Of a stretch of 63,798 nt of DNA, positions 1-13,900 are shown piece after piece. The notes beneath the pieces are model-generated. The model had not been told where the DNA came from. It was given only the letters and a program-made list of their open reading frames with translations, and searched no databases. The position numbers and the translations under genes are program-made. Within the stretch, counting starts at the first letter, position 1; each line of letters begins with the position of its first letter. Where the stretch lies: assembly GCA_976226885.1 (NCBI GenBank), contig OZ320313.1:1736001-1799798 (forward strand), given 5' to 3'. This stretch comes from Iphione sp. A-MEVVRFRX5. Taxonomy: Eukaryota.

Positions 1-208
1 GTGTGCTGTCTAAATGAGACTTCCGCTGCTGATAGCGCGGCGGGCTTTGCATACCTTCGTAGCATTGTTTACGTCACTGTTTGGTATATAAGGAGAGAGT
101 TGCGCGTCCTTGTTGGGACCCGCCAGAGACGACCGTGTAACCTGTGATGCAGCTTCAGAAATAAAGGCTGGACGATTGAAGAACCTGCTCGTGGTGTCTT
201 TTGTTACA
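1..208 (+). mobile_element. 3' part of an LTR (solo or 3' LTR), truncated by the window start
   Basis: TATATAA 85-91, AATAAA 160-165 and a terminal ...TTTTGTTACA at 208 give the typical U3-R-U5 order ending in CA. No PBS follows. The 5' TG and TSD are not visible. Confidence 0.45.
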
Positions 209-210
209 GT

Positions 211-570
211 AGTGTTAACCTCTCCCCAGTGCTCACCTCTCCCTAGTGGTCACCTGTCTCCAACAGTTACCTCTCCCCAGCAGTCACCTCTCCCAAGTGG
301 TCACTTCTCCCCAGTGCTCACCTCTCCCTAGTGGTCACCTGTCTCCAACAGTTACCTCTCCCCAGCAGTTACCTCTCCCAAGTGGTCACTTCTCCCCAGC
401 AGTCACCTCTCCCCAACAGTCACCCCTCCCCAGCAGTCACCTCTCCCCAGTGGTCACCTCTCCTCAGCAGTCACCTCTCCCCAGCAGTCACCTCTCCCCA
501 GCAGTCACCTCTCCTCATAGGTCATTCCTCCTCAGTGGTCACCTCTCCCCAACAGTCACCTTTCCCCAGC
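211..570. repeat. Minisatellite, 17-bp unit (CAGCAGTCACCTCTCCC), about 20 copies
   Basis: Direct inspection; explains ORFs 110-654. Confidence 0.9.
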
Positions 571-729
571 AGTCAGCTTTTATCGCTAAAGTCCTTTTCA
601 ACAGTCTGCCATCTTTTACGAACAAATCCACCTCTTGCGAGTGAACGGTTATAAATTGACTGGAACTAGGTGCTCACTCCTTAAACTACGAAATATTAAA
701 TAAATTAATTAGATAGAAATACGACTTAC

Positions 730-811
730 CATTTAAGAATAAGCAACCCAACCGCCAAGATGACCACACCGATAGCGAGAGCGATGCCTATGATGATGAC
801 AATGGAGATAC
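730..811 (-). CDS. Exon encoding transmembrane helix
   Basis: Not in the ORF track. Acceptor tttgtttccgtag|GT, donor AAATG|gtaagt, 82 nt. (G)[26 protein letters not shown]: 25 hydrophobic residues followed by Lys. Phase 1 start matches the sushi exon. Confidence 0.88.
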
Positions 812-3800
812 CTACGGAAACAAATCACATTAAGACCAGCATTAATTAAAGAATCACATCGAGAACAGCATTAGTTAACAATCTCTACAGTATCAATATA
901 ATCTTAACTACAGAAAGAATCACATTAAAAACAACATTACTTAATGAATCATGTTCAGACCAGTATTAGTTAATGAATCACATTGAAACCAGTATTTTTA
1001 ACGAATCACATTGAGAACAGCATTAATTAACAATCTCCACAGTATCAGTATAATCTTAAACACTCATGTACCAGGGCACTTTGAGGAGGAACTTTAACGT
1101 TCCCATTAACCTTCAGACCGTCGGTGTTCTCCTAGTAAAAAAACCATTGACCTGTTTTTATAAGGATGTTAGCAGCCCTGGACATACCAGACCTGACATG
1201 TGAGAGGAATTAGAGTGTATGACTAATACATAACTACAGTAATCTATTCTCCTTAGACCCTCGTAAATCAACACCGTGTAATTGACCAATCGGCGCACTG
1301 CTTAATAACATCGCAATGATGCTACAACAGTGTTTACATTCGGCTGGCTAGCATGAAGCGTATGGCGTAGCACAAAACCTTTTATATATCGTTAGATGAT
1401 CGGTCAACGCATGGGTGAATGTCACCGCTGCCTTCCCCCAATCATTATGACATGCAACAATGTTTCTCTATGTTGCCACGTGAAGTGAATATCGAATTCA
1501 CAAAACACACCAAAGAAACAGAATACTGGCACTGAGACTTGTGTCAGAGGTAATGAAGAACATTTTTGCCAGTTTTTTTAATTTGTGTCGTTCAGTGTTT
1601 TTTGTCGTTGACTTGTGCATAATACATTCACTCCTCAGTTACGATATGTCAAACATTATCTCTCNNNNNNNNNNNNNNNNNNNNNNNNNNNNNNNNNNNN
1701 NNNNNNNNNNNNNNNNNNNNNNNNNNNNNNNNNNNNNNNNNNNNNNNNNNNNNNNNNNNNNNNNNNNNNNNNNNNNNNNNNNNNNNNNNNNNNNNNNNNN
1801 NNNNNNNNNNCTGTAACAGAGTCTGTACTGTATTCATTGCACCATGTGCACGTCACAACATATGATGCATTGCGCATACTCGTCATGAGAAGTAGGTATA
1901 TCAAATGGTGTTGTTTAAAATGCGACAAATTTCGGATGTGGATCGACATCGAGACAATGGCACATGACCCCTGAGGTCACCACGGGCTGCAAGCAGCCCA
2001 TAATTAATGGTGCGGAACTGTTTCGTGTTTGGGATAAAACATCTGATATGTAAACTGGGTGCACATACACCCACGGCCTAATTTCTCTCCTTATGTACAT
2101 GTATATTTCTGGTGCTTGCAATGCCCTACATAGCTCAGTTAATGAGAGGGGGGCGGGGGGGGGGAGAGAGTGTACATGCTTCGCTTGTCTGGAGAGGGAA
2201 GCTATCTGTGAGCCTAATAGCGTTATCCCCATCAATGTAAACACAGCGATAGCACATGTATATGCGGTAAAACCTCACTAATCCGGTCACCAAGTACTCT
2301 TTGGTACCAGCCAAATCTGCACCAAGTGCAGATTTGGCTGGAATACTGAGTCAACTGGATGAGAGAGCAGAATAACGATGTAAATGTATATATTATATTT
2401 AGTTCCTTGTGACCTGGTTGTATTAGTGACATGACCCACTATATCTAGTTCAATATAAACGATTCATATTAGTGAGATGACTCAGTATATCTATTCCCCT
2501 GTGTATTGGTTATATTAGAGAGATGACCTGCTATATCTAGTTCTACGTGAACTGGTTGTATTACTGAGATGACCCACCATATCTAGTTCTATGTAAATCA
2601 GTCATATTAATGAGATGATTCAGTATATCTAGTCCCATTTGAACTGGTCATATTAGCGAGATGACCCGCTATATCTAGTCTATATCTAATTCTGTGTGAA
2701 TTGGTTGTATTAGTGATAGGACCCACTATATTTAGTCCTGTGTGAACTGGTTGTATTAGTGAGATGACTCGCTATATCTAGTCCCATGTAAACCAGTCGT
2801 ATTAGTGAGATGACTTGCAATATCTAGTCCTGTGTAAACCGGTTTTATTAGAGAGATGACCCGCTATATCTAGTTCTTCATGAACTGGTAGTATTACCGA
2901 GATGACCCACCATGTAAATCAGTCATATTAATGAGATGATTCAGTATATCTAATCCCCTGTGAACTGATGTATTAGTGAGATGACCCGCTATATCTAGTT
3001 CCATGTAAACCAGTCTATTAGTGAGATGACCCACTATACCTTGTCCTGTGTAAACTGGTTGTATTAGTGAGATGACCCGCTATATCTAGTCCTGTGTAAA
3101 CTGATTATATTAGTGAGATGACCCGCTATATCTAGTCCTGTGTAAACTGGTTGTATTAGTGAGATGACCCACTATATTTAATCCTGTGTAAACTGGTTGT
3201 ATTAGTGAGATGACCCGCTATATCTAGTCCCCTGTGAACCGGTTGTATTAGGGAGATGACCTGGTTAGTAAGGTGGCCGCATCCTGAGAGTTCATTAGAC
3301 ATTGGTTCCATCCCGTGCATGCTGCATGCTTGGTGCACTCACAGCTCCTGACAACAAGTCGGTCTCGGGGATCTCCGCGCGTGTGTAGTATATACATCCA
3401 CTTACTCTACTAATAACCAGAGCCGCGAGTAGAGATCGGATCCCGCAGAACACACAGCATCAAACAGTACCACAATCACCACCGTGCCAAGACAGTACGG
3501 AAACATCCTCTTCACCTTCCCGCACAGGTCAAAGGTCAGCAGAAAGGCCGCTAGCACCAGGGCCAGTGCGCGTGCGTCCAGTCGGCCCAGCGTGTAGCGT
3601 CCCGGAGTCAGCATTTTAACGGGAGGTTTACTGGTCGTCATCTTACGCACACACGCACGCACACACGCACGCACGTATCATATAGTGGTGTCCGGTTAAT
3701 AAACGCGGGGGTTCTTCCTTATTTGTTGCAGTTTCAGTGACACCGATCCACAGGCGGATTTCCTCCCTTCCCTTTTATTTCATTCCTGCGGTCACGATCC

Positions 3801-5916
3801 AGGTTGAAGTATTTCCACGGGGCTTGCACTCCGGAATGGAGACTGGAATGTCTGGAACTTTCTCAGCCGTGAAGTGACTCTGTCGTACTATCCTCGCTCT
3901 AGTTTTCATTGGTAATCCGCCCTGTGGTAGTATTGTCCCTCTCCTCCTCCTTCCTCTCCCCGTCTGCACTTGTTCCTTGGTAATAATTTTAAACCTCTTC
4001 CTGCACTACATCGCCTCACGCGACTGTTTTCTTCCGTCTCTGCTTCCTCAATGACGCGACCCAGGGCGTCATGGTTAGTTGTGCTATCATCAGAGGCGCT
4101 TCATTCACCATACACCGACCAACCTACAAACACACCCACCAACCCACTAACACACCCACCAACCTACTAACACACTGACCGTCGAGCAGCTCGGAGATAA
4201 AGGGGCGTATCCCGTCCTGCTCGGGGAGTGTTACTAGAGACTGGTGTGACAGAACGTCCTACTCCACAACTCCGGGTTAGACCTGTGTGACTGTGTGTGT
4301 GTGTGTGACCACGCCCCCACGCGGTGGGGGTTGTATACACCGCCTCCTCGTGACAATCCCCGTATGTGAATGATGGCGTAGTGTTGTAGCATACATGTAC
4401 ATACCTGGGCCACCTGTCAGGTATACAGTGGGCAGGTGGTGGTGACGGAGGAGGCGGAGGGGGGGGGGAGGTGAGGTGTTGGGTGGGTGGGTGGAGGGCC
4501 CTACAATTGCATCAGCAAGGATCGTATGTAACTCTGATAATAATAGAGCTTTTTTTAAAAATTAGGTTGATTGCAAAAATAAGTCTCCCAGACGTCTAAA
4601 CTTCATTCTTAATTTTGAAGTGTAATTTGGAAACTCAATACCTAGTTATACTCTGCAAGCTGTAATACTACATGAAGCATTGGTGAAAGGAAACGCTCAT
4701 GAATGTAAGGGGGGCATATTGCGTAGCCCATTTAAAGAGGAGAATGAACAGTACATCTCTGTTTGGTTCAGAGACAACTAGGACATGGTAATCTTGATGA
4801 TCTAGGGCTGAGTTCATGTCTGTTTATTGTAGGTTTGGATAAATAGGTTTTCATCCGCCCTTCACTTCACTGTATAGAGCCTGGGTTATAGTAGCATGGA
4901 GGTCTAATTAAAGGATAATAATACTTATGGAGAATAATACGCTAGTATTACATGTATGCAGGTCCAATGAAATGTTAAGAATTCTAATGAAACTTGCTCC
5001 TCCTCTGAAGTTCTCACCACTGTACAGAGGTGGAGGGGGGGGGGGGGAGAGAGGGATTTACACTTGACTGACGGGGGACGGGCTTCCTGGGTTGGCGGTG
5101 ATTAGTGTTATTAGGGAATTCGGTGGANNNNNNNNNNNNNNNNNNNNNNNNNNNNNNNNNNNNNNNNNNNNNNNNNNNNNNNNNNNNNNNNNNNNNNNNN
5201 NNNNNNNNNNNNNNNNNNNNNNNNNNNNNNNNNNNNNNNNNNNNNNNNNNNNNNNNNNNNNNNNNNNNNNNNNNNNNNNNNNNNNNNNNNNNNNNNNNNN
5301 NNNNNNNNNNNNNNNNNNNNNNNNNNNNNNNNNNNNNNNNNNNNNNNNNNNNNNNNNNNNNNNNNNNNNNNNNNNNNNNNNNNNNNNNNNNNNNNNNNNN
5401 NNNNNNNNNNNNNNNNNNNNNNNNNNNNNNNNNNNNNNNNNNNNNNNNNNNNNNNNNNNNNNNNNNNNNNNNACACCGACTGACACATGCATACATGCAC
5501 ATACACATCCCCACACATGCACACACGCACACGCCAACACCTACACACATGTGCACACACATGACAGAATTGCTTGTCTAACTAGTGCTCAACCATTAAC
5601 TTTGTTGACATCAAGCCGCGGCCATGTAATCGTCCTGATAGCGAAGTAGGGCGCGAGGGCGATGTGTGAAGGGGGTAACTTGTATATGGACAGATCCATG
5701 GGAACACTAATAGCGTGCACATGTCAGGGCGGAGTCTGATAAAACGAACGAGAACCCACATTTAACATCCCTTTGTGCTACATTGTGCTGGATATACATA
5801 AATTATACTTAGTATGACGGTAACAGTAAATTTTAATGTGCTGGGATGAAAGGATTCCATGAAATTCAGAACTGTATAGTCATGCTGTCATTCCTCTCCA
5901 TCTCTATATGTATGTG

Positions 5917-5953
<37 letters not shown>

Positions 5954-8900
5954 TGGAAAGCCACCTTAGGGACACCTCTCAAATAGGGACGTGTCTCTAA
6001 TAGGGAAATTTCTAGGGAGAATAGATTTTATTTATTCTATGTTTAAAAAAGTCTCTAACAGGGACATGTCTCCATATTTATGTCTGTTTGATGGATTCCT
6101 GTGCATCTAGAAACGTTAAGCAAACAAATATCGTACAGGTTTTAAATAAAAAAACAAACACTTCATGGAATGCCAACTTCAGATGTCCGTAGAGTAGAAA
6201 CAATAAAACTCCAGATTCCAGAAATACTATACCACGCTAAGATCATTACCAGAATAAGGGATATTACACTAAGAACGTGCAATGTACGGTATAAAGTAAG
6301 TAAATGAATGTTATAAACTGCAAATTACCGGAATTACGGAGATTAATTTTCAGTCCAATGTAAAGGATATCCACATTTGATTACACACTGCAGGACTTTC
6401 TCGTTCTGGACAGGCCCGTCAGGAGTACAGCTCACAATATGGACAGAACCAATTCTATCTATTCCAGTTTAGATATTCCTGCCATTCAGCAGATCTCTTT
6501 TTATGGACAGGTTCTTGTCTGTCCCTTTACTGTCCGTACTTGGGAGATTCCACTCTAAATGCATTTCTTACCTCTAAAGGCTCATCACTAAAAGTTTGAT
6601 TTTAAGCTATAGTATTTTATATCTAATAAATAAGGTTAATTTGGCTATTAACGTGAAGTTATCAATAGACCGAGCGACTCTGCATAGAAATGGACATCTG
6701 AGTTCGACATTGCCGCACACCACGTGACCGTGCTCACCGAACGGAAATGACGTACCTCCCCAAGGCACCTCTCCGAGAACGCCGGCCACATTCGCACCTG
6801 CAAGAAGGACAATAGTCATTAGACTGATGCACACCTGAGCAACAGCAGTAGAGCATCAGAATACCTGAGTGGGTGTGTCAGTATTATAGTCTGGGAGGAG
6901 AATACAGCATGATTCAGGAGTCAAGTGTACATATATAACCATGTGATGACACACCAGTATGATAATCTAGCGAGACTGAGGATATGCCGTAAATAGCACT
7001 CATGTACAGGTGTATGCATGAACTAAAGGTGTGAGGTTATACATCCCTCTGTACAGGTGTAAAAATAACTTAAAGATCCAGGTGAGTATCATTATATACA
7101 AGAGTAAACATGACATTTATTTAGTCCAGGTACAAAAGACTTTATACAGGTGTGTACAGGTGTATCCTGCTGTATATAAGTGGAGACAATATCTCAGAGT
7201 AATAGACATGCATAATTGTATACAGGTATGAACATGACCTTAAGTCCCAGGTAAGTAAACCTATTTATGTGCGTGAATATTACTTAAAGATAACAATGCC
7301 TGTGTACAAATGTGAACCTGAAAAAGATCCTGGGTATGTATCATTGTATACATATTGACTTTACCTAAAGGCCCTTGGTATGTATGATTGTATACAGTTG
7401 TGAACCTTACCTAAAGGCCCTAAAGGTTTATATGATAACATACAGGTGTGAACTTTATGTAAAGGCTCTAAAGGTATGAATAATGAGATACAGGTGTGAA
7501 CCTTACCTAAAGGCCCTAGGTATAAATGATTATATACAGGTGTGAACATTACCAAAAGGCCCTGGATATGTATGATTGTATACAGGTGTAAACCTTATCT
7601 AAGACCCCTTGGTATGCATGATTGTATACAGGTGTTAGTCTTACCAAAAGCCCTAGCCATATATAGCTGTATACAGGTGTAAACCTTACCTAAAGGCCCT
7701 AAATATGTTTGATTGTATACAGGTCTGAACATTACCTAAAGACCCTGGGTATGTATTATAACATACAGTTGTGAACCTTACTAAAAGCCCTAAAGGTATA
7801 TATAGGTTTAAATATAACCCTAAATGCCCTGGATATGTATAACTGTATGAACCTTACCTAAAAACCCTAACCATGTGAAACTGTATATAGATTTTAATAT
7901 AATGCTAAATGCCCTGGATATGTATGCTTGTACACAAGAAGAAACCTTACTAAAAACCCGAAGTATTTCTATATACATAGAGAGAAACATTACCGAGAGG
8001 TCCTGGGCATGGAAAATTACATGCAGGTGAGGGCCTAACCTAAAAGCCCAAGGGATGCACGGCTGTATATAGATCTGAACTTTACCTAAAGGTCTGTGAT
8101 ACATATATATATTTATATATATATAAATTAATTCCAGTGAATGTCTATGGAATTACGGGGTTGCCGTACATACATACCTCTCAAAATAGAATTATTCATG
8201 TATTTCGCATTATAATTACAAGAGTGTGTCGGCTAATACGACACTGAAGCCAGTGCGGGGACCATGCATACAAACTAAGCGAAGGGTACGGTGAAATATC
8301 AGTGTTAGAATGAAAATAAGCAAATAAGGCAAACGAAAATATGGGAACCGTCGCATCAATTGAACTCCAAAGACTTGTATAATGAGGCCAGGATACAAAC
8401 GTATACATAATAACAACTTCCTCGACAAGAATATATCGGATTTACACGTAGGTCTTGGAGCTCGTAATTTATGCACACTCTCTCCATCAGTTGAAGAAGA
8501 GTAACGTTAACAAAGAAGGTCGCAGGAGCAGTGGCGCCATCTCGGCAGTGTGACACGAACTAATCAGAGTAGAGACATTTTTGAACCGCCAGGTGGCGTT
8601 TGGGTCTTCTCGCAAGATGGCACGACGCGAGTGACTCTTCATCAATATGGAATTTTATGACAATTCAATATCGTTCTTAAGACTATTTGAAAGCGGGAAC
8701 AGGCTTTTAAGTAATACCAGTTATGCATATTTATTTTAAAACCAGACTTGCCCAAGTCATTTCCGTACATAAAATGTCGAAATACAAAGCTGCTGAATCT
8801 GAATGGTGGCGACTACAGGAGGGACCTCCACACTAAGGTCACCCCTAGTGTTTGGACAGGAAGGGTTGACGGCATCATCGAGGGGAGATCCTGTTTTTCC

Positions 8901-10856
8901 AAAGGTTCTTACTTTCCAAACGACGTAAGGAAACTAGCGGAAAGGGGGGTGCTGCCAATTGGATCCTCTTCGAATTAAAGAAATAGATTTTTACTAAGGA
9001 AAAAAATAGGTGTGTTTCTGGTAACAATCAGCCCAAAGCCTAGGTAGGGAGGGGGGTATCTTTTTTTTTTAATTTTCTTTCCACTTTCTCCCTCTGGTTT
9101 TCAATAACAAAAAAGATAAGATGAAGAATTTTGACTAATTTGGATTTTTTGCTGAATTTCCATGGATTTTGTTGTTTTTCTACTAATTTACAAAAAAAAC
9201 ATGTGTGCCTTAGAAACTCTTTGAGACCAAAAAATTTTTAGGTTGGGTGAGGTTTTACTAGGTAGGGGTGGGTTACTAGAAACACACCTATGTTTTTTTT
9301 GGCCTAAGAAGTCATCCTAAATGACTGCTCAAGACTCTCTAATAAAACGTATTCCCGAATGAAATGTGCTCCCGATTATTTTTTCAATATAACCCCAATA
9401 CAAACTAAACTCATTTTTTATCGCGAAATAATATCACCTTAAAATCATAAATTCTCTCACCCCGTTGCTTTCAATGCTCCAGAAAATAACACCAAGTAAA
9501 ATACATTCAGAGCATGCGGCCACAGGTTCCCGCAGCTCTGTCACGGCGGGTCAAACCGCCCGTAGTAAACATGGTCGGTAACTCACCTAAAGTGCAGTTA
9601 CTAAAGGTGCCCTCCCACTGACCGCCTTTACACGTCAGCCGCCAGGTGTCAGTGGTCTCGATACATCCCATAGTCACGATGTCGCCCTCTCGGCGCATCC
9701 AGCCGTTGATTGGCTTGCTGGGATCGGCGCAGCCAATGACTGCAATAGAAGATATTAGACAAAGGTTAATTGCAGCATGAGAGAACACGGCCCATCGTCC
9801 AGGGAAGCAGTGGAAAGCTGGAAAACAAGGAGTCTAACCTTTTTAGATACATTAATCAGGAAAAAAACATCCGAAGTTCACATCAAGACTGATAAACAAG
9901 CCTGAGACACACACACCGGAAGTGTTGATTCAATCTGTGTACTTTCTCTCATTGGTATATATTAAATGTGTTTGTAGAAAAGTTTGTTTACCAGTCTTCA
10001 ATTGTAGATATATGCACAAAGAATGGAACCTATTTGAACAATCTAAGATTTATCAAAATAGAGAGTGAGAATTCTGACAGTATATACATGTATATCCATT
10101 GGTACCCATTTGCTAAATGTAGTGCCTCGTGCCTTAGTGCAGACTTAGCGATGTCTCATCAAACAAGATGTGCTTCTTTCAGTGGGAAATGATGCATAAT
10201 TCATGATATTGTGTCTACAAAATACACGAGTTTAAAGTGCACTGTGCACTTCCAACATTAGCATACGACTGGTAATTGTTAATGAGAATATCCATGGACT
10301 AACATGAACACACAGTTTATTTCAAAGTCCCCAGACATCACTGGGTCACAACAAAACCAACTTTATAAATCCCAGAGACACATTTAAATGGTGCATCTTA
10401 GATATCTGTTTCTTGTAATGAAATGCGTACAGTATACCCTGTGTATAATACTTGTTACCATTTTAGTCTGCTGTGATGCCACAAGTGCTAACAATCTTAC
10501 AAGAGATGGGACTGTTTCTCCTTCTGTAACACCTCTTCTGTCATAGACTTTAACAGTTATACAAGGCGTGGTTGACCATTCCATACCCCTCAATAAGACC
10601 TCTGTACAGGGTGAAGTTTAAAGGTTGTTCTGCAGCATAAATGCATCAATGATCTAATAGACCCATCGCCAACGGTTGAATAAACGAATAGTGCCGACCT
10701 AATTTTAACGAACTGTGACGATGTCCCATTTTTAAGCCATTTGAGCAGTCAATGCTTATTATGCTGCCACAATCCGGTAAACATTAAGTTGGCATTACCC
10801 ATTTATTGTCGATTGGCTCATTTACATCCCGGTCTGCCAGCATACTAGGTCCACTA

Positions 10857-10911
<55 letters not shown>

Positions 10912-13900
10912 TAGAGCAGTCCTACTTTTATTGACGGAAAATCACCCTATGTGATCTACTTCCCTTCACTGTTCTCCAACATCACTATTCTATTTATACC
11001 TTAACCCAGCCAACGCANNNNNNNNNNNNNNNNNNNNNNNNNNNNNNNNNNNNNNNNNNNNNNNNNNNNNNNNNNNNNNNNNNNNNNNNNNNNNNNNNNN
11101 NNNNNNNNNNNNNNNNNNNNNNNNNNNNNNNNNNNNNNNNNNNNNNNNNNNNNNNNNNNNNNNNNNNNNNNNNNNNNNNNNNNNNNNNNNNNNNNNNNNN
11201 NNNNNNNNNNNNNNNNNNNNNNNNNNNNNNNNNNNNNNNNNNNNNNNNNNNNNNNNNNNNNNNNNNNNNNNNNNNNNNNNNNNNNNNNNNNNNNNATCCC
11301 ATCCTTGTACACTGTTCTTAAACATAACTGCTCCTATTTAAATCATAATCTAAATCCTGAATATATTTCACTACCGTACACCATTGTACTAATCCAACCA
11401 TTGTGTGTGGTCAATAATTCACCTATTTACACCATAATCTAAATGTTGTAAGTGTTTTTACTATCCAACACTAGCATCACTCTCCTATTTAAACTTTAAT
11501 AATACTAATAATAAGCATCATGATTGACTATTTACACCTTATTTCAACTATCATATGTGCTCTACTATGGCGCTTAAACCCTGCTTGAACCATAATATCT
11601 GGTTCACTACAGTGTTCTATAATGTCCCTGTCCTGTACACAGCCAAATCCAACTAGCGTATGTGGTCCACTACCCTGTTCTACAAGGTCACTATCCTATT
11701 TACACCCTTATTAAACCATCGTCTGTGGTCCACTACACTGTTCTATGCCTTCACTATCCTATTTACATCCTAATCCAACCATCATATGTGGTCCACTACC
11801 CTGTTCTACAAGGTTGCTCTCCTATCCACAGCCTAAACCAATCATCGTATGTGGTCAACTACACTATTCTATGCCATCACGATCCTATTTACACCCTAAT
11901 CCAACCATTGTATGTGGTCAACTACACTATTCTATGCCATCACGAACCTATTTACACCCTAATCCAACCATTGTATGTGGTCCACTACCCTGTTCTACAC
12001 CACCACTTCTCACATTTATGGCTCACTCTAACCGTGGTACGAAGTATGCCTGATAGGCTTGCCTGAAGCCAGCTTGCCTGAAGCCAGACATCTTGTTTTT
12101 AATCTTCTCTACTCGTAATTAAAGCTTGATTCTTCCTGATAAAGGGGACAAGTGTACAGAAAAACACGCCTGACATTGACTCGTCAGTGATGGGCATTCT
12201 GGGAAATTACTGGAAAGAGCAGTGTCTTCACCATATTATTAATAGATGAGATGTGACAATTACCGATTTAATTGTAGTCCTCGGTTTAAATATCAAATTA
12301 CGTTTTCACTTTGAATGTCACGGCTCCGTCGTTTTGTGGAAACCCCAGCTTGAGTGGAATATTCATTTTCTCAGATTTTATCAGAAAAGTGCCGCGCCAG
12401 TCGCATCTCGTCATCTATAATGCCGTCGGAGGTGGATTTTTACTGTGTCCCTTTATGCAAATAGCTGTCATTTGTCTTACGCCTTCGCCGCTACAGTGGA
12501 TAAATTTCCATGGCCTTGACAGTAGCGCCATTCTTTAAACGTTTGCCGTATNNNNNNNNNNNNNNNNNNNNNNNNNNNNNNNNNNNNNNNNNNNNNNNNN
12601 NNNNNNNNNNNNNNNNNNNNNNNNNNNNNNNNNNNNNNNNNNNNNNNNNNNNNNNNNNNNNNNNNNNNNNNNNNNNNNNNNNNNNNNNNNNNNNNNNNNN
12701 NNNNNNNNNNNNNNNNNNNNNNNNNNNNNNNNNNNNNNNNNNNNNNNNNNNNNNNNNNNNNNNNNNNNNNNNNNNNNNNNNNNNNNNNNNNNNNNNNNNN
12801 NNNNNNNNNNNNNNNNNNNNNNNNNNNNNNNNNNNNNNNNNNNNNNNNNNNNNNNNNNNNNCGTCGACTATGATTTGTGCCATATTTACGCAAGATGCCG
12901 ACAGAAAAATACGTGGCGGAGGATGCGGCGGCGGCGGCGGTGGTGGTGGTGGTCGAGAGGGGGGGGGGGGAGTTGGGATAGGATAGGGAGCCTGGGACTG
13001 TTTAGTCAAAAATCCACCACCAGGTGGCAGCAGAATGTCAGGCTGTGACCTTTTGAAAAAATACGAAGCTCACAACATTCTTCAGCTCATTTAGGACGCC
13101 GTTCTGTTTTCAGAGAACAGGAACTGCCGGCTCCCCGTGTGGTTTCTCTCCCCGCCCCCTCCCTCTCTTCCCTTTGCTGACTTCCTTCCTTCTATTCCTC
13201 CAGCTCCTCCTTCTCTCTATTCTAGGAGTCGTTCCTGGGATTTAGATAGGGGGCAGCACCGGCTCCCTTCATGGAAAAAAATAAACATCACATTGGACTT
13301 TTCCCCCGGGAGTCAAAGAGGAGAGTGGAAGCGACCGACAGATCGACCAAAGCAAACTTTGTGACATTTCAAGGGAAGCCGAGATCGATATAATTACTAC
13401 TAGCGCCCCCTGGCACACCTCGCGCACACTACTAAAACCCTGTAGGTTCAAATTCTGCCCCCCCCGTCCGCATCCATGGTAACGGACGCACTCACACGGC
13501 GACACGTCGCCGTCACCGTCCCCGCCACTGGCACCAGGGGACGCCACCGGCAACAACAGCGCCACCCAGTGTCCGCCAAACTAATCTTCCTACTTAATTT
13601 TTGATCCGCTGTCAGGGTCAATATTTGCCGCCTGTATTGGAGGCTGACATGTTCGCTTTAGGAACGAGTGTCAATAAGAAAATGTTTCATAAAATGACGC
13701 GGGCAGCAGCGGGGGGGAGGGGGGGGGGGTAAAAACGTCGGATTTCACGGCTGCTACCAGTGCGGTATTACGGCCTGTCTCAGTGTGTATTTTTCAGAGA
13801 AAGGAACAATTACAATTGTTTCAGACAATATTCGTCATCTGCCGACGCCATGTTTTTTCCCCGGCCCGCCCAGTGGCGCAGAGCCCTTCAAATCTGATTT

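Noticed and set aside
110-654. Repetitive Pro/Ser/Gln ORFs
   Set aside because: Translations of the 17-bp minisatellite, open in several frames.
11662-12066. 134-aa ORF with 21-aa repeats
   Set aside because: Product of the 63-bp minisatellite; no splice context and no recognisable domain.
1541-13009. ORFs spanning N runs (1.5-1.9, 5.0-5.6, 11.0-11.3, 12.5-13.0 kb)
   Set aside because: Open only because of assembly gaps.
13496-13580. Hydrophobic [12 protein letters not shown] segment with phase-1 donor as a signal-peptide exon
   Set aside because: In-frame TAG at 13583-13581 and no ATG; kept only as a possible non-coding first exon.
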